NCBI GenBank assembly: GCA_964016885.1
Contig: OZ024761.1
Coordinates: 5,642,001 to 5,706,000 of the forward strand
Origin: Eledone cirrhosa
Taxonomy: Eukaryota
Reading direction: 5' to 3'
Length of the DNA stretch: 64,000 bases
The position numbers were made by a program, and so were the translations under genes. This document shows, piece by piece, positions 17,663-30,545 of the stretch (the first letter of the stretch is position 1; each line of letters starts with the position of its first letter). The notes under the pieces are model-generated. The model was not told where the DNA came from and did not search any database. It saw nothing but the letters and a program-made list of their open reading frames with translations.

Positions 17663-17704
17663 CTCGCCAAAAATAACACTAGCGACTTTTTTAACAGCAT
17701 TACT

Positions 17705-20234
17705 AAACCACCACCACCATAATTCCTACCACTAACACAACCACCTACACCACACCACCACCACCTCCACTGTCACCACCTCCACCACCACCACACCACC
17801 ACCATCACCACCACCACCACTGTCACCTCCACCACACCACCACCACCTCCAACACACCACCACACCACCACCAATACCACCACCATCACCACCACCACCA
17901 CTGTCACCTCCACCACCACCACACCACCACCACCACTGTCACCACACCCACCACTGTCACCTCCACCACAACACCACCAATACCACCACCATCACCACCA
18001 CCACCACTGTCACCTCCACCACACAACCACCACCTCCAACACACCACCACACCACCATCACCACACCACCACCAATACCACCACCATCACCACCACCACC
18101 ACTGTCACCTCCACCACCACCACCCCACCACCACCACCACCACACCACCACCACCACACCACCACCACACCACTACCACACCACCACGACCACACCACCA
18201 CCACACCACCATCACCACCACCACACCACCACCTCCACCACCACCACCACCACCACCACTGTCACCACATCCACCACTGTCACCTCCACCACAACACCAC
18301 CAATACCACCACCATCACCACCACCACCACCACCACTACTACACCACCACCACCACACCACCACCACACCACCATCACCACCACCACACCACCACACCAC
18401 CACACCACCATCACCACCACCACACCACCACACCACCACACCACCATCACCACCACCACCACCACTGTCACCTCCACCACCACCACCCCACCACCACCAC
18501 CGCCACCACACCACCACCACCACCCTACCACCACCACCACCCCACCACCACCACCACCCACCACCACACCACCACCACACCACCACACCACCACACCACC
18601 ATCACCACCACCACCATCACCACCACCACTGTCACCTCCACCACCACCACCGCCACCCCACCACCACCACCACCACCACACCACCACCACCCTACCACCG
18701 CCACCACCACACCACCACCACCACCCCACCACCACCATCACCAACACCACCACCACACCATTACCCCCCCCCCCCCCCCCCACCACACCACCACCACCCT
18801 ACCACCGCCACCACCCCACCACCACCACCACCACCACCACCACCACCACCACCACCACCACACCACCACCACCCTACCACCGCCACCACCCCACCACCAC
18901 CACCCCACCACCACACCACCACCATCACCATCACCACCACCACACCATTAAACCACCACACCACCACCTCCACCACACCACCACCACCACCACCACCACC
19001 ACCACCACCCCACCACCACCACCCCACCACCACCACCTCCACCACCACCACTACCACCACCACCACCACCACCACCACCACCACCACCACTCTCCCTGTC
19101 TCTGTCTATCACTTTAACTCCAAGTGTTCCCTTATTAGTCTTAATTGTATCTCCCCCCCCCTCTTCTCTCTCCCCTTCCTCCTACCTACCACCTGTCTAC
19201 TTTCACTTTCTCTCCCTCACACCCTTTAAATGTATTCTCTCTCCATCTCCACCACATATTCTCCCACTCACATGCCCACCGCCTCTCTACGATACCACCG
19301 CCACCGCCACCACCATCAACACTACCACCACCACCAACACTACCGCCGCCAACTCCACCACCACCTCCACCCCCACTACCCCCAACACCACCACAAACTG
19401 CCGCCACCGCCTCCACCACCACCACCACACCACACCACCACCACCACCACCACATCACCACCACCACCGCCACCACCACACCACCACCACACCACCACCA
19501 CTACCACCACCACCACCATCACCACCACCATGACCACCACCACCACCACCACCACCGCCACCACCAACATCACCACCACCGCCACCACCACCACCACCAC
19601 CACCACACCACCACCACCACCACCACACCACCACCACCACCACCACCACACCACCACCACACCACCACCACACCACCACCACTACCACCACCACCATCAC
19701 CACCTCCATCACCACTACCACCACCACCACCACCACACCACCACCACCACCACCACCACCACCACCACCACCACCACCACACCACCATCACACCACCACC
19801 ACCACCACCACACCACCAGCACCACACCACCACCGCCACCACCACCACCGCCACCACCACCACCACCACCACCACACCACCATCACCACCACCACCACCA
19901 CCACCACCACCACACCACCACCACCACCACCACCACCGCCACCACCACCACCGCCACCACCACCACCACCACCACCACACCACCGCCATCACCACCACCA
20001 CCACCACCACCTCCGCCACCACCACCACCGCCACCACCACCACCACCGCCACCACCACCACCACCGCCACCACCACCACCACCGCCACCACCACCACCAC
20101 CGCCACCACCACCACCGCCACCACCACCGCCACCACCACCACCACCGCCACCACCACCACCGCCGCCACCACCACCACCACCACCGCCACCACCACCACC
20201 ACCGCCACCACCACAACCGCCACCACCACCACCA
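17705..20234. repeat. Degenerate (CCA)n field with an internal pyrimidine-rich stretch
   Basis: Directly visible; source of the poly-H/P/T ORFs. Confidence 0.95.
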
Positions 20235-20240
20235 TTATAG

Positions 20241-20338
20241 GTCACAACCATCGTGTTCAGAAAACATTTGTCATAACAACCACATCGCCGTCGCTTGCAG
20301 TTGTCATGGAAACCAGCTGTCCACGGAGGCGAGAAGGT
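20241..20338 (+). other. Candidate host exon (Cys-containing peptide)
   Basis: ATTATAG|GTCAC acceptor, AGGT|GTGAGT donor, open frame SQPSCSENICHNNHIAVACSCHGNQLSTEARR; no homology recognised. Confidence 0.3.
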
Positions 20339-20467
20339 GTGAGTGGAGCCGGGGGTGAGGTCCAGATGCTAGGGGTGGGGGATGTGTAGGGGTGTCTAGC
20401 TGGACATCCTGTGTTTATATAGCTCTGTCTATACGTCTCTTAGTACGCCTCTCTTACAGTATTAGCA

Positions 20468-20543
20468 TGTATGTATGTATGTGTGTATGTATGTATGTAT
20501 GTATGTATGTATGTATGTATGTATGTATGTATGTATGTATGTA

Positions 20544-20576
<33 letters not shown>

Positions 20577-20767
20577 GTATGTATGTATGTATGTATGTGT
20601 GTATGTATGTATGTATGTATGTATGTATGTATGTATGTATGTATGTATGTATGTATGTGTGTGTGTATGTATGTATGTATGTATGTATGTATGTGTGTAT
20701 GTGTGTATGTATGTGTGTGTGTATGTATGTATGTATGTATGTATGTGTGTATGTATGTATGTATGTA

Positions 20768-20798
<31 letters not shown>

Positions 20799-21007
20799 AT
20801 GTATGTATGTATGTATGTGTGTATGTATGTATGTGTGTATGTATGTATGTATGTATGTATGTATGTATGTATGTATGTATGTGTGTGTGTATGTATGTAT
20901 GTATGTATGTATGTGTGTATGTATGTATGTATGTATGTATGTATGTATGTATATATGTATGTATATGAATGTACATGTGTATATATGTATGTATGTATGT
21001 CTGTATG

Positions 21008-21036
<29 letters not shown>
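20468..21036. repeat. (ATGT)n microsatellite
   Basis: Directly visible. Confidence 0.95.
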
Positions 21037-21038
<2 letters not shown>

Positions 21039-23940
21039 TCGGAAGGCATGGGGTGGGAAAGTGTAACAGCAATGGTATGCTCTTGCTGCAGATGTGTGAG
21101 GAGCTAGATCTGTGTGTTACCAACACCATGTTCCAACAAAAGAACAAATTCAAGACCACATGGATGCATCCTGCATCTAAGGAATGGCATCTTTTGGACT
21201 ACGTCCTAGTCAGGATGCGTGACAGACAGGATGTGCAGTGTGTTCGTGTTCTTCGTGGAGCTGAGTGCTGGACGGACCACCGCCTGGTGCGCGCAAAAGT
21301 GAATCTAATCACCAAACGTAAAATCCGGGCTCCTGGTGTTACCCTGCCCAAAAGATTGAATGCTGCTCGTCTTAAGGATAAAAATGTGAAGAGGACATTG
21401 GAAGAAGAGATGCAGGCTGCAGATCTTGGTGAGGATTGGCCGACCCTTAAAAAGTCGGTTTATGATGTGGGCAGGCGTGTTCTGGGATTGGTGCAGAGAA
21501 AACATCAGGACTGGTTTAATGAGAATGATGTACATATAGAAGACTTGTTGGCTGATAAGAGGCGTGCTCTGTCACGCTACTTGACGGCAAAACCACAGGA
21601 GAGGAATACGTTGCATGAGGAGCTCAGGGATGTAAAATCACGTGTTAGGCGGAGTCTTTCTCAGATGAAGGATCAGTGGTGGAGTGAGAAGGCTGGTGAG
21701 ATACAAACTGCGTCTGATTGCAATAACACAAAGCTGTTGTACAGTCTCTTGCGTGAGGTTTATGGACCGTCTTCTTCTCTGGTGACACCGATTCGCAGCA
21801 GGGATGGCAAAGAACTTCTTCGTGACTCACAGGGAATTCTACGAAGGTGGCGAGAGCACTTTGATGATCTTTTGAATCAGCCGTCTGTCGTCAGTGAAGA
21901 TTTCCTCAATCTCATTCCGGAAAGTCCTGTGAAAGTAGCTCTCGCAGAACCTCCGACACTTGTGGAGGTTGCAGTGGCTATTTCGAAGCTGAACAGTGGA
22001 AGATCTCCAGGTATGGATGGCATACATGCTGAGCTCCTACAATATGGTGGTGAGAGACTCCTGCAACATCTTCACTCTCTGTTTGGAAGGATATGGGCTA
22101 ATGAATCCGTGCCTGAGGACTGGAGAGATGCAGTAATGGTGGTCTTGTACAAGGGAAAGGGTAACAGGAATGATTGTGGGAACTACAGAGGTATATCATT
22201 GCTTTCTGTCGTGGGGAAAGTTTTATGTAGGGTGCTTCTGGACCGTCTGCTGACACACATTGCAGATTGTGTCCTTCCTGAAAGTCAATCTGGTTTTCGT
22301 GTTGGACGCGGCACTACTGATATGATCTTCTCAGCTAGACAGCTCCAGGAGAAGTGCATTGAACAGGGCTTGGATCTGTATCAGGTTTTTGTCGATCTGA
22401 CAAAGGCTTTCGATACTGTCAACAGAGATGCATTATGGAAGATTCTCCAGAAACTTGGTTGCCCTGATAAGTTCCTTGCTTTAGTTAGGTCTTTCCATGA
22501 CGACATGAGGGCTTGGGTTAATGTCGGAGGTAACATGTCGGAGCCTATCTCAGTAAAAAATGGAGTGAAACAGGGGGATATTCCAGCACCGACCCTGTTT
22601 GCCATATACTTTGCAATGGTTTTCTGTGTTGCATTCAGGAATTGCGAGCATGGTGTTTACATCCGATATCGAACCTCAGGCAGCATATTTAACATCAGGC
22701 GCTTTGCTGCGAAGACAAAGGTATTTACATCGGTCATAAGAGACCTCTTGTATGCAGATGATTGCGATCTTGTAGCGCACACAGAGAGTGATATGCAGCA
22801 CATTTTGAATGTATTTTCTGACGCTTGCACTGCCCTGGGTTTGACTGTCAGTCTCAAGAAAACCGTCGTCATGTACCAACCTGCACCTGGTAGGCAGTAC
22901 ACTGAACCAAACATCTATGTGTATGGCAAACGACTTGGAGTGGTTGATCAGTTTGTCTACCTGGGAAGCACTGTCAATCGATACGGCAACCTTGACAGTG
23001 AGATCTCACTTAGGATTAGGAAAGCAAGTGATGCTTTCGGAAAGCTAGAAAGGCGACTCTGGGGTCGGCGAGACATATGCAGGAGGACAAAGGTAAGGGT
23101 GTACAGGGCATGTGTACTCTCTTGTCTTCTTTATGCCTGCGAGACCTGGGTCACATATCGACGCCACCTTAGGCAATTGGAGCGTTTCCATCAGATGTGT
23201 CTCAGACGGATACATGGCGTTCGCTGGAGGGACCACATCAGTGATGTCGAGATTTTGGAAAGCTCTATGTGTGACAGTATAGAAGCTCTTGTGCTTAAGC
23301 AGCGACTCCGTTGGAGTGGTCACCTTGCCAGGATGAAGGATTCTAGAATACCAAAACAACTCTTCTATGGAGAGTTGGTTAAAGGAAAACGACCGCCACA
23401 TAAACCAAAAAAGAGGTATAAGGATTCCTTGAAGGCCTCTCTGAAAGACGCTAACATCTCTGCTGATACATGGGAAAATATTGCTGCTGATCGTAATAAA
23501 TGGAGAAAGACTGTATATGAGGGAAAAGTTGCCTTTGAGGCATCTCGAATCGCACACGAGAAAGTAAAGCGGGACGTGAGGAAGGGTATTGCTGTTGCAC
23601 TTCCAGACGGCGAGGGTCCTCCTATGTTTCTGACATGCAGCGTCTGTGCGAGACTCTGCCTAAGCAAAGCTGGACTCGAAAGTCATCTTCGCAGTCATAA
23701 AGTAAGACCAGTGGTTGACTACCAGGCTGCTGTTGGAGATGCTACTCATCATGCTTGCCAAACATGTGGTAGAGAATGTAAATCAGCAGGAGGACTCAAG
23801 CGACATGCAAAAGTACACGAACTCCAACCACAGCCGACTATTCCCAGTAAATGTTTTGGTTGCCGACTCTGTGCAAGACATTTTAGATCATTGGCTGGGC
23901 TAAAAAGCCACATTCGATCGCAGCACTGTTAGTTGCTATC

Positions 23941-23978
<38 letters not shown>

Positions 23979-24057
23979 GCTTATGTGCGTGCGTGTGTGT
24001 GTATATATATATGAATATGTATATTATTGTTGTTGTTGTCGTTATTAATATTATTGC

Positions 24058-24097
<40 letters not shown>

Positions 24098-24217
24098 GTT
24101 ATTAATGTATGTGTGTATATATGTGTGAGTGTATGTGTATGTATGTGTGTGTGTATATATGTATGTATGTGTATGTATGTGTGTGTATATATATGTGTAT
24201 GTATATATATATGTATA

Positions 24218-24250
<33 letters not shown>

Positions 24251-24281
24251 CTTTTCCCTTTTTTTTTTTTTTTTTTTTTTC

Positions 24282-24323
<42 letters not shown>

Positions 24324-24416
24324 TTTTTATTTTTATTTTTTATTTTATTTTATTTTTTTATTTTTTTTTTTTTTTATTGTGCAATGGCCATACTCGATAA
24401 CGAGGGGGCAGCCATC
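21037..24416 (+). mobile_element. RTE-clade LINE, 5'-truncated within the endonuclease
   Basis: Uninterrupted ORF to 23932; probable 3' terminal hairpin TGGC..CTCG ATAA CGAG..GCCA at 24385-24414 followed by (ATGT)n (3' boundary inferred). Confidence 0.9.
21038..23932 (+). CDS. RTE polyprotein: partial APE endonuclease, reverse transcriptase, three C2H2 zinc fingers (true start missing)
   Basis: TTWMHP..WHLLDYVL, TDH, GNYRGISLL, PESQSGFR, FVDLTKAFD, GVKQG, LLYADD; three CxxC-x12-H-x3/4-H motifs at the C-terminus. Confidence 0.93.
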
Positions 24417-24811
24417 ATGTATGTATGTATGTATGTATCAATATGTATATCTGTATATCAGTCTATCTGTCTGTAAGTATGTATGTATGTATGTATGTAT
24501 GTATGTATGTATGTATGTATGTGTGTGTATGTATGTATGTATGTATGTATGTATGTATGTGTGTATGTATGTATGTATGTATGTATGTATGTGTGTATGT
24601 ATGTATGTATGTATGTATGTATGTATGCATGTATGTATGTATGTGTGTATGTATGTATGTATGTATGTATGTATATATGTATGTATGTATGTATGTATAT
24701 ATGTATGTATGTATGTATGTATGTGTGTATGTATGTATGTATGTATGTATGTATGTATGTATGTATGTATGTATGTATGTGTGTATCTATGTATGTATGT
24801 ATGTGTGTATG

Positions 24812-24845
<34 letters not shown>
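24417..24845. repeat. (ATGT)n microsatellite
   Basis: Directly visible. Confidence 0.95.
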
Positions 24846-24847
<2 letters not shown>

Positions 24848-25698
24848 AGAAAAGAAATTGTAATCTCTTGAATCGCAAGATTTTTTAAGGTGCCAGCTAT
24901 CGCAGCCATTTGTAGTCTAGGAATTAGGGAGCTGCGTTCTTTGTCCACAAATCTAAGTTTAGTTACACTTTGGTCTAAGCGGGTTGGTATATAACTTGTA
25001 GCTCCAATAATTGTTTCTACGTTAGGCACAAGGCCAGCAATTACCCAGTACATTACTGTAGCTCCAATAATGATGGGTATAAAGGTAAAGAAGTATCTTG
25101 GATAATGAATCTGCAAACTCCTCATCAATGGTCCTTAGATGTCCTCCTTCTCCTGTATTTTTCTTACAACATTGACATCAAGTGGGCAGCTGATCTCTAC
25201 AACAGAACACGTTTTCAATGTGTGGTCCCAAACAACAATATCAGGCCGGTTGTGCTTTAATTTTGTTGCAGTTTTTATTTTCAGGTTCCACCAGTATTCC
25301 TTAGTGCCATCTGTCTCAACATATTCCTCCTCATTTGTTTTTTATTTTGTTTTCCTAATTGCGCTCCAGATGGTTCTAGCTATCCCATCGTGTCTCATAG
25401 GGAGGTAGTAACGAGATGACATTCTTTCACAGTTGTCAATAATGTGGCTTACATCTTCGATCTTTGTTTTACATAGCTTACATTTACTGTCAACTGATGG
25501 CCCTCCTCTTTTGTGTAGCAGATATTTGGTAGGGATTTCTTGTTCTTGTATTGCATAGAGATATCCTTCAAGGTGTGATGTCATAAACTTGTCGGACTCC
25601 ATGCCAGGTTTTTGAATGATTTATCCCCTCTATGGTCTGTGTTTTCGTCTCAGGTACCTATGCACAACTTTCTCTATAAATTGGTCCATTTTTCTTTT
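24846..25698 (-). mobile_element. R4/Dong-like non-LTR retrotransposon 3' fragment (CCHC finger, restriction-like endonuclease)
   Basis: AIQEQEIPT, CKLC..EDVSHIIDNC, RHD, HNRPDIVVWD, EISCP, PIIIGA; flanked by (CATA)n. Confidence 0.88.
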
Positions 25699-25803
25699 AT
25701 GTATGTATGTGGCAAAGAATGTATGTATGTATGTATGTATGTATGTATGTATGTATGTATGTATGTATGTATGTATGTATGTATGTATGTATGTATGTAT
25801 GTG

Positions 25804-26121
25804 TGTTCTTCTGGTTTTATAATCACAAAGTTTTACCAATAGAGAGAGAGTCGATTTCTAACATAGACACAAGACTCTCTCATTGGAATTTACACAACAT
25901 CAACTAGGTAGATATGTATGTATACATGCATATGTAGATATGGATGCTATTGTATGTGTGGATGTGGATGTTTTGAGTTGTATGTGTGCATGTGTATATG
26001 CTTTGTATCTGTACATGTGTATATGCAGTTATTAGATGCAACATTTTTGGAATGTTTTACATATTTTTACTGTTCCATTAATGGATTGTACTTGTAATTT
26101 CCTAACTAGTTGTGTTCTTTC
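25804..26121 (-). mobile_element. Short R4-like 3' end (last codons plus 3'UTR)
   Basis: Near-identical to 26205-26525; flanked by (CATA)n. Confidence 0.85.
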
Positions 26122-26204
26122 ATGTATGTATGTATGTATGTATGTATGTATGTATGTATGTATGTATGTATGCATGTATGTATGTATGTATGTATGTATG
26201 TATG

Positions 26205-26955
26205 TTCTGGTTTCATAATTTCACAAATCTTTCCCGAGAGAGAGAGTCGGTTTCTAACATAGACACAAGACTCTCTCATTGGAATTTATACATCAACTAG
26301 GTAGATATGTCTGCATGTCTGCATGCTTGTGTGTGTGTGCAGGTATGGATGTTATTGTATGTGTGGATGTGGATGTTTTGAGTTGTATGTGTGCATTTGC
26401 ATATGCTTTGTATCTGTACATGTGTATATGCTGTTATTAGATGCAACATTTTTGGAATGTTCTACATATTTTTACTGTTCCATTAATGGATTGTACTTGT
26501 AATTTCCTAATTAGTTGTGTTCTTTCTGTTCCTGTGAAGCCCAGCTTCTCAAGATTTGTATTGGGGCAGTTACTAACATATCCCAGTGCCCCAATAATCA
26601 CAGGTATAAATCTGAAGGTATAATCAGGGTGGAGTATCTGCAGATCTCTCTTCAGTTCTGCATAAATATTCTCCTTTTCGCTAATCTTTGATATTATATT
26701 GGCATCTGCTGGGCAGCTAACTTCCAATACTGTGCATGCCTTCTTTTCCCTGTCCCATATCATAATATCTGGTCTGTTATGCCTGCATTTTATTGAGGTT
26801 TTTACTGGAACATTCCACCAGTACTCTTTCATATTATGTATATGTATGTCTTCCAGATTGCTGTAGCTTTTAATGTGTTTATTGTGGGGCTATCTTTTCT
26901 ACGGATTGCATTGTACAGTGTTTTGTCCATTACATCATGCCACATTTGATAAGGA
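26205..26955 (-). mobile_element. R4/Dong-like 3' fragment (RLE domain plus 3'UTR)
   Basis: EYWWNVPVKT..HNRPDIMIWD..EVSCP..EKENIY..PVIIGALG; ends in (CATA)n. Confidence 0.88.
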
Positions 26956-27029
26956 CTTGAGAGCCCACAATCCCCCTTTATGTCTTGCCTATCCTGTGTC
27001 AACACCGTCCAGGGCATGCATTTGTTTAA

Positions 27030-27376
27030 TGGTACAATAACACGGAATATATGGAACGTCCAGAACATATCCTGGAGAAGGCACGTAGCGAATCAATCGT
27101 TCTACGGCTCACATCGCCACCTTTCTGACACCATAAGGCGTAGGAAGTTCGAATTAGCTGGAAATGTGAAACATTACAATGAAACTACTGGCAGAGTTCT
27201 TTTCTGGAAACCTGATATGTGAGGACATGATGGGACACCAACCACCACACTGAAGGAGGTTGTTGAAGATGACACCAGACTGGAGACAGGGGAAATTCAG
27301 ACAGCAATGTTGGACAGGGTGGTCTGGAGAAGGAACTTAGTCATGGCGCCGGTAACTGGTAACGGATGTATAGAAG

Positions 27377-27378
<2 letters not shown>
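27030..27378 (+). mobile_element. Decayed RTE/RTE-X-like LINE 3' fragment
   Basis: NISWRRHVAN..IRRRKFELAG..VLFWKP..AMLDRVVWR. Confidence 0.65.
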
Positions 27379-27431
<53 letters not shown>

Positions 27432-27483
27432 GAGTAATTCCGTCGGAAAGGTCCAGGAATATATATATATATATATATATATA

Positions 27484-27560
27484 TTGGCAACATGACCCTC
27501 CCAAAGTATAACTATATATATATATATATATATATTGGCAACATGACCCTCCCAAAGTAT

Positions 27561-27597
<37 letters not shown>

Positions 27598-28177
27598 CAA
27601 CATGACCCTCCCAAAGTATAACAATATATATATATATATATATAGTCATTCATTGAGCAACATCGGTGAAGTTGGCACCCTTAACTCACAGTTGAGTGCG
27701 GATGCATTCATGTATATATGTGTGTGTCCGCATGTATCTGTGTGTTTCTAAATGTATTAATAACTCCCTCTGGTCGAGCAATCTTTGAGGTGTGGGGACA
27801 ACTGGAAAGCTTCCATTACTCATACTTCTCGCCTTCTTCACTACCTCTTCTACGGCCTCGATATGAATACCCCCTCCGCCTCCGTGGTATTTTTTTCGTG
27901 GTTATAAGAGGCTTAGCTCTGTTTCTCGACCGTTATATCGCGTGACTATCTCCCCCTCCGCCTTTTGGGATTCTTTCTCACGTCGTGTAGACGCGTTCTT
28001 GAGACTAGTAAAATGAGGTATCCTCTTGATAAGTCGGCAGACCTCGCAAGGACTCTATGTCTTTGATATATTGTTTTTGTTTATGCCACGAAACTACGTA
28101 GTCGAGGAATTTAGGAACAGTTTAGGTATGATACATTTTATTACTAATTATATCTAAATGTTTCTTCTCTCTTCATA

Positions 28178-28232
<55 letters not shown>

Positions 28233-28254
28233 CAACATGACCCTCCCAAAGTAT

Positions 28255-28301
<47 letters not shown>

Positions 28302-28376
28302 CAACATGACCCTCCCAAAGTATAACAATATATATATATATATATATATATTGGCAACATGACCCTCGCAAAGTAT

Positions 28377-28411
<35 letters not shown>

Positions 28412-28437
28412 CAACATGACCCTCCCAAAGTATAACA
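27484..28437 (+). repeat. Two clusters (3 and 4 copies) of the 30-mer TTGGCAACATGACCCTCCCAAAGTATAACA separated by variable (TA)n
   Basis: Copies start at about 27484, 27535, 27594, 28229, 28298, 28351 and 28408. Confidence 0.95.
28021..28108 (+). ncRNA. Type I hammerhead with U3-A8 core variant and long helix II loop
   Basis: TCCTC-TTGATAA-GTCGGCA...TGCCAC-GAAA-CTACGTAG-TC-GAGGA. Confidence 0.65.
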
Positions 28438-28679
28438 ATATATATATATATATATAAATTCAGCGAGAATCATATTTCGGCTGGTAGAAAAAGCGAAACG
28501 AAACGCAAAATCGTAGAAATGCTGGCAAGCGCTCCAAGAGTTAAGAAAACTAGAGCTAAACAATATGTTAAAACGCCATACAAACTGAAAAGTGGTCAAG
28601 AAGGCATTAACCACCTAAGCCAATATATTGTTATTGTTTTTGTTTTTTACTTTTCCAATATATATATATATCCGGGAGC

Positions 28680-28850
28680 TCCCAACAGTAACTGTTGCAT
28701 TTTTTAAGGGTATGTCAATATTTATTTATAAAACTGATATATATTGTATTTTGTCTGATGAAAGCATACCATAATTTAACGTGGTGTCCTTGAAATATGT
28801 ATAATAAAATAAATATGGTTTTATAAATATAGTTTCCATTTGTTAATATC

Positions 28851-28853
<3 letters not shown>
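28680..28853 (+). mobile_element. PLE terminal fragment with hammerhead motif
   Basis: CTGATGAAAGCATACCA..TGGTGTCCTTGAAATATGTATAAT; same family as 31080-31360. Confidence 0.7.
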
Positions 28854-28936
<83 letters not shown>

Positions 28937-29149
28937 AAAGTAAAAAACAAAAACAAGAAGAAGGAGTGCAGTTACGGACAATATATAATATATATATATA
29001 TATATATAGGATAAGAAAAAAGAAAAAGAGTGCTGGATCCAGTGTGTGTGTGAGTCCCGGGTTCAATCAGGGGGTGACCACAGTTAGTAAGGCACTCAAT
29101 ACATTAATAGAGTGTAAACATCAAGTCTAATATATTTAACTTATATATA

Positions 29150-30402
29150 TATATAAAGCTAGATCGTATAACGGAAATAAAAGACCATGTGACCTCTGCA
29201 CCCCTGGAAATACCCTACGCCAAAGACCACATCTTAAACAAAAAATCTCAGGCAATTTCGGCTTGTAAACATAAATTGCACACAACTTTCCTGTATTACA
29301 GCCCCACATTATACCCTAACGGATAGTACGATCTATACGCGGATATTTTATTTCTTGATGTGGTAGCTAAGTATATGTTATGTTTATACTATTACTTATT
29401 TGTATAGGTAAGTATATATTACCTGTATGTTTTGTGAAGGTACGTATACTTTCTCGTACGTATATTTGTTTGTACATGTTATGGCGTATATATTATATAT
29501 ACTGGTACATGTGCATATGGTTATGTGTATACGCGAGTTTTGCGTCTGTGTGAGTATGCGGGTTCGTACGTATGTAGGGTGTGTGTATATGTGTACTTTG
29601 TGTTTTGGTTGACGTACGTCCGCAAACATATGTGTATTTACATGTAGGTATGTGTGTGCGCGCGTTATATACGTAGTTATGTGTGTATATTTATATACGT
29701 TTATTTAATTATGTATACACGCACACACACACACATATATATATATTTTTTTAATATATATTTTTATGTGTATTTGGTGTATAGGTTCGTATGTGTGCGG
29801 GTACAGGTGTTGCGTGGGTTCTGTATGTGCGTGCGGGTTCTTCTTTTTTTTTGTGTACGTGCTTGTATTTGCATACCCATGGCGAGTGTTTTCGCGTATG
29901 TTCGTGTGTGTACGTATTTGGATGCGTTTAATTTCAATTACCTCTGTATTTTATTTACTTTATTCTTAACTCTGAAGCCGAGAATCATTCGGTTTCCTAA
30001 ATAGAATTCTAGTCTACGACTTCAGCTATACCATTTACGTTGTTTTGTCTTTGCTTGTAATTGTTCTCACCGCTCCACATATGACGTATTATCTTCGTTT
30101 TTTCCGTTCATTGCCAGAGAACGTTTCCATGAACCACCTAATAAAATATTAGTCTACGACTTCATTTATACCATAAACGTGGTTTTGTCTTTGCGTGTAA
30201 TTGTTTTCACCGCTCCCAATAACGACGTATTATCTTCGTTTTTTCTGTTCTTTGCCAGGGAACGTTTCCAGTCTTCCTGTCTTCCTTCGGTTGCAAGGTT
30301 TTTTGAAATATTTACTTCTGCGTTCACAGATTGACTTTTTAGTTTCAGAAGATCCCGTTAAGGGTGAAAGCAGCGATTCTTTGCTTAAACTTTAATCTGT
30401 TA

Positions 30403-30410
<8 letters not shown>
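29150..30410 (+). mobile_element. PLE 3' portion (ORF C-terminus, long 3'UTR, hammerhead-like end)
   Basis: Frameshifted KARSYNGNKRPCDLC...LNKKSQAISACKHK resembles the CxLC..LNK..CxH C-terminus of some PLEs; ~120 bp internal duplication at 30008 and 30150. Confidence 0.55.
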
Positions 30411-30438
<28 letters not shown>

Positions 30439-30495
30439 TAACAGATTATATTTCGTTTCTGAATATTTATTGGCAACATGACCCTCCCATAGCAT

Positions 30496-30545
<50 letters not shown>

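Noticed and set aside
19145-20389. His/Pro/Thr-rich 414-aa ORF
   Set aside because: (CCA)n is open in several frames on both strands
20969-21036. MYVC-repeat N-terminus of the RTE ORF
   Set aside because: Read-through into flanking (ATGT)n; the element is 5'-truncated at about 21037
27484-28437. True CRISPR array
   Set aside because: Spacers are only (TA)n, there are no cas genes, the context is eukaryotic and the repeat matches a retroelement terminus
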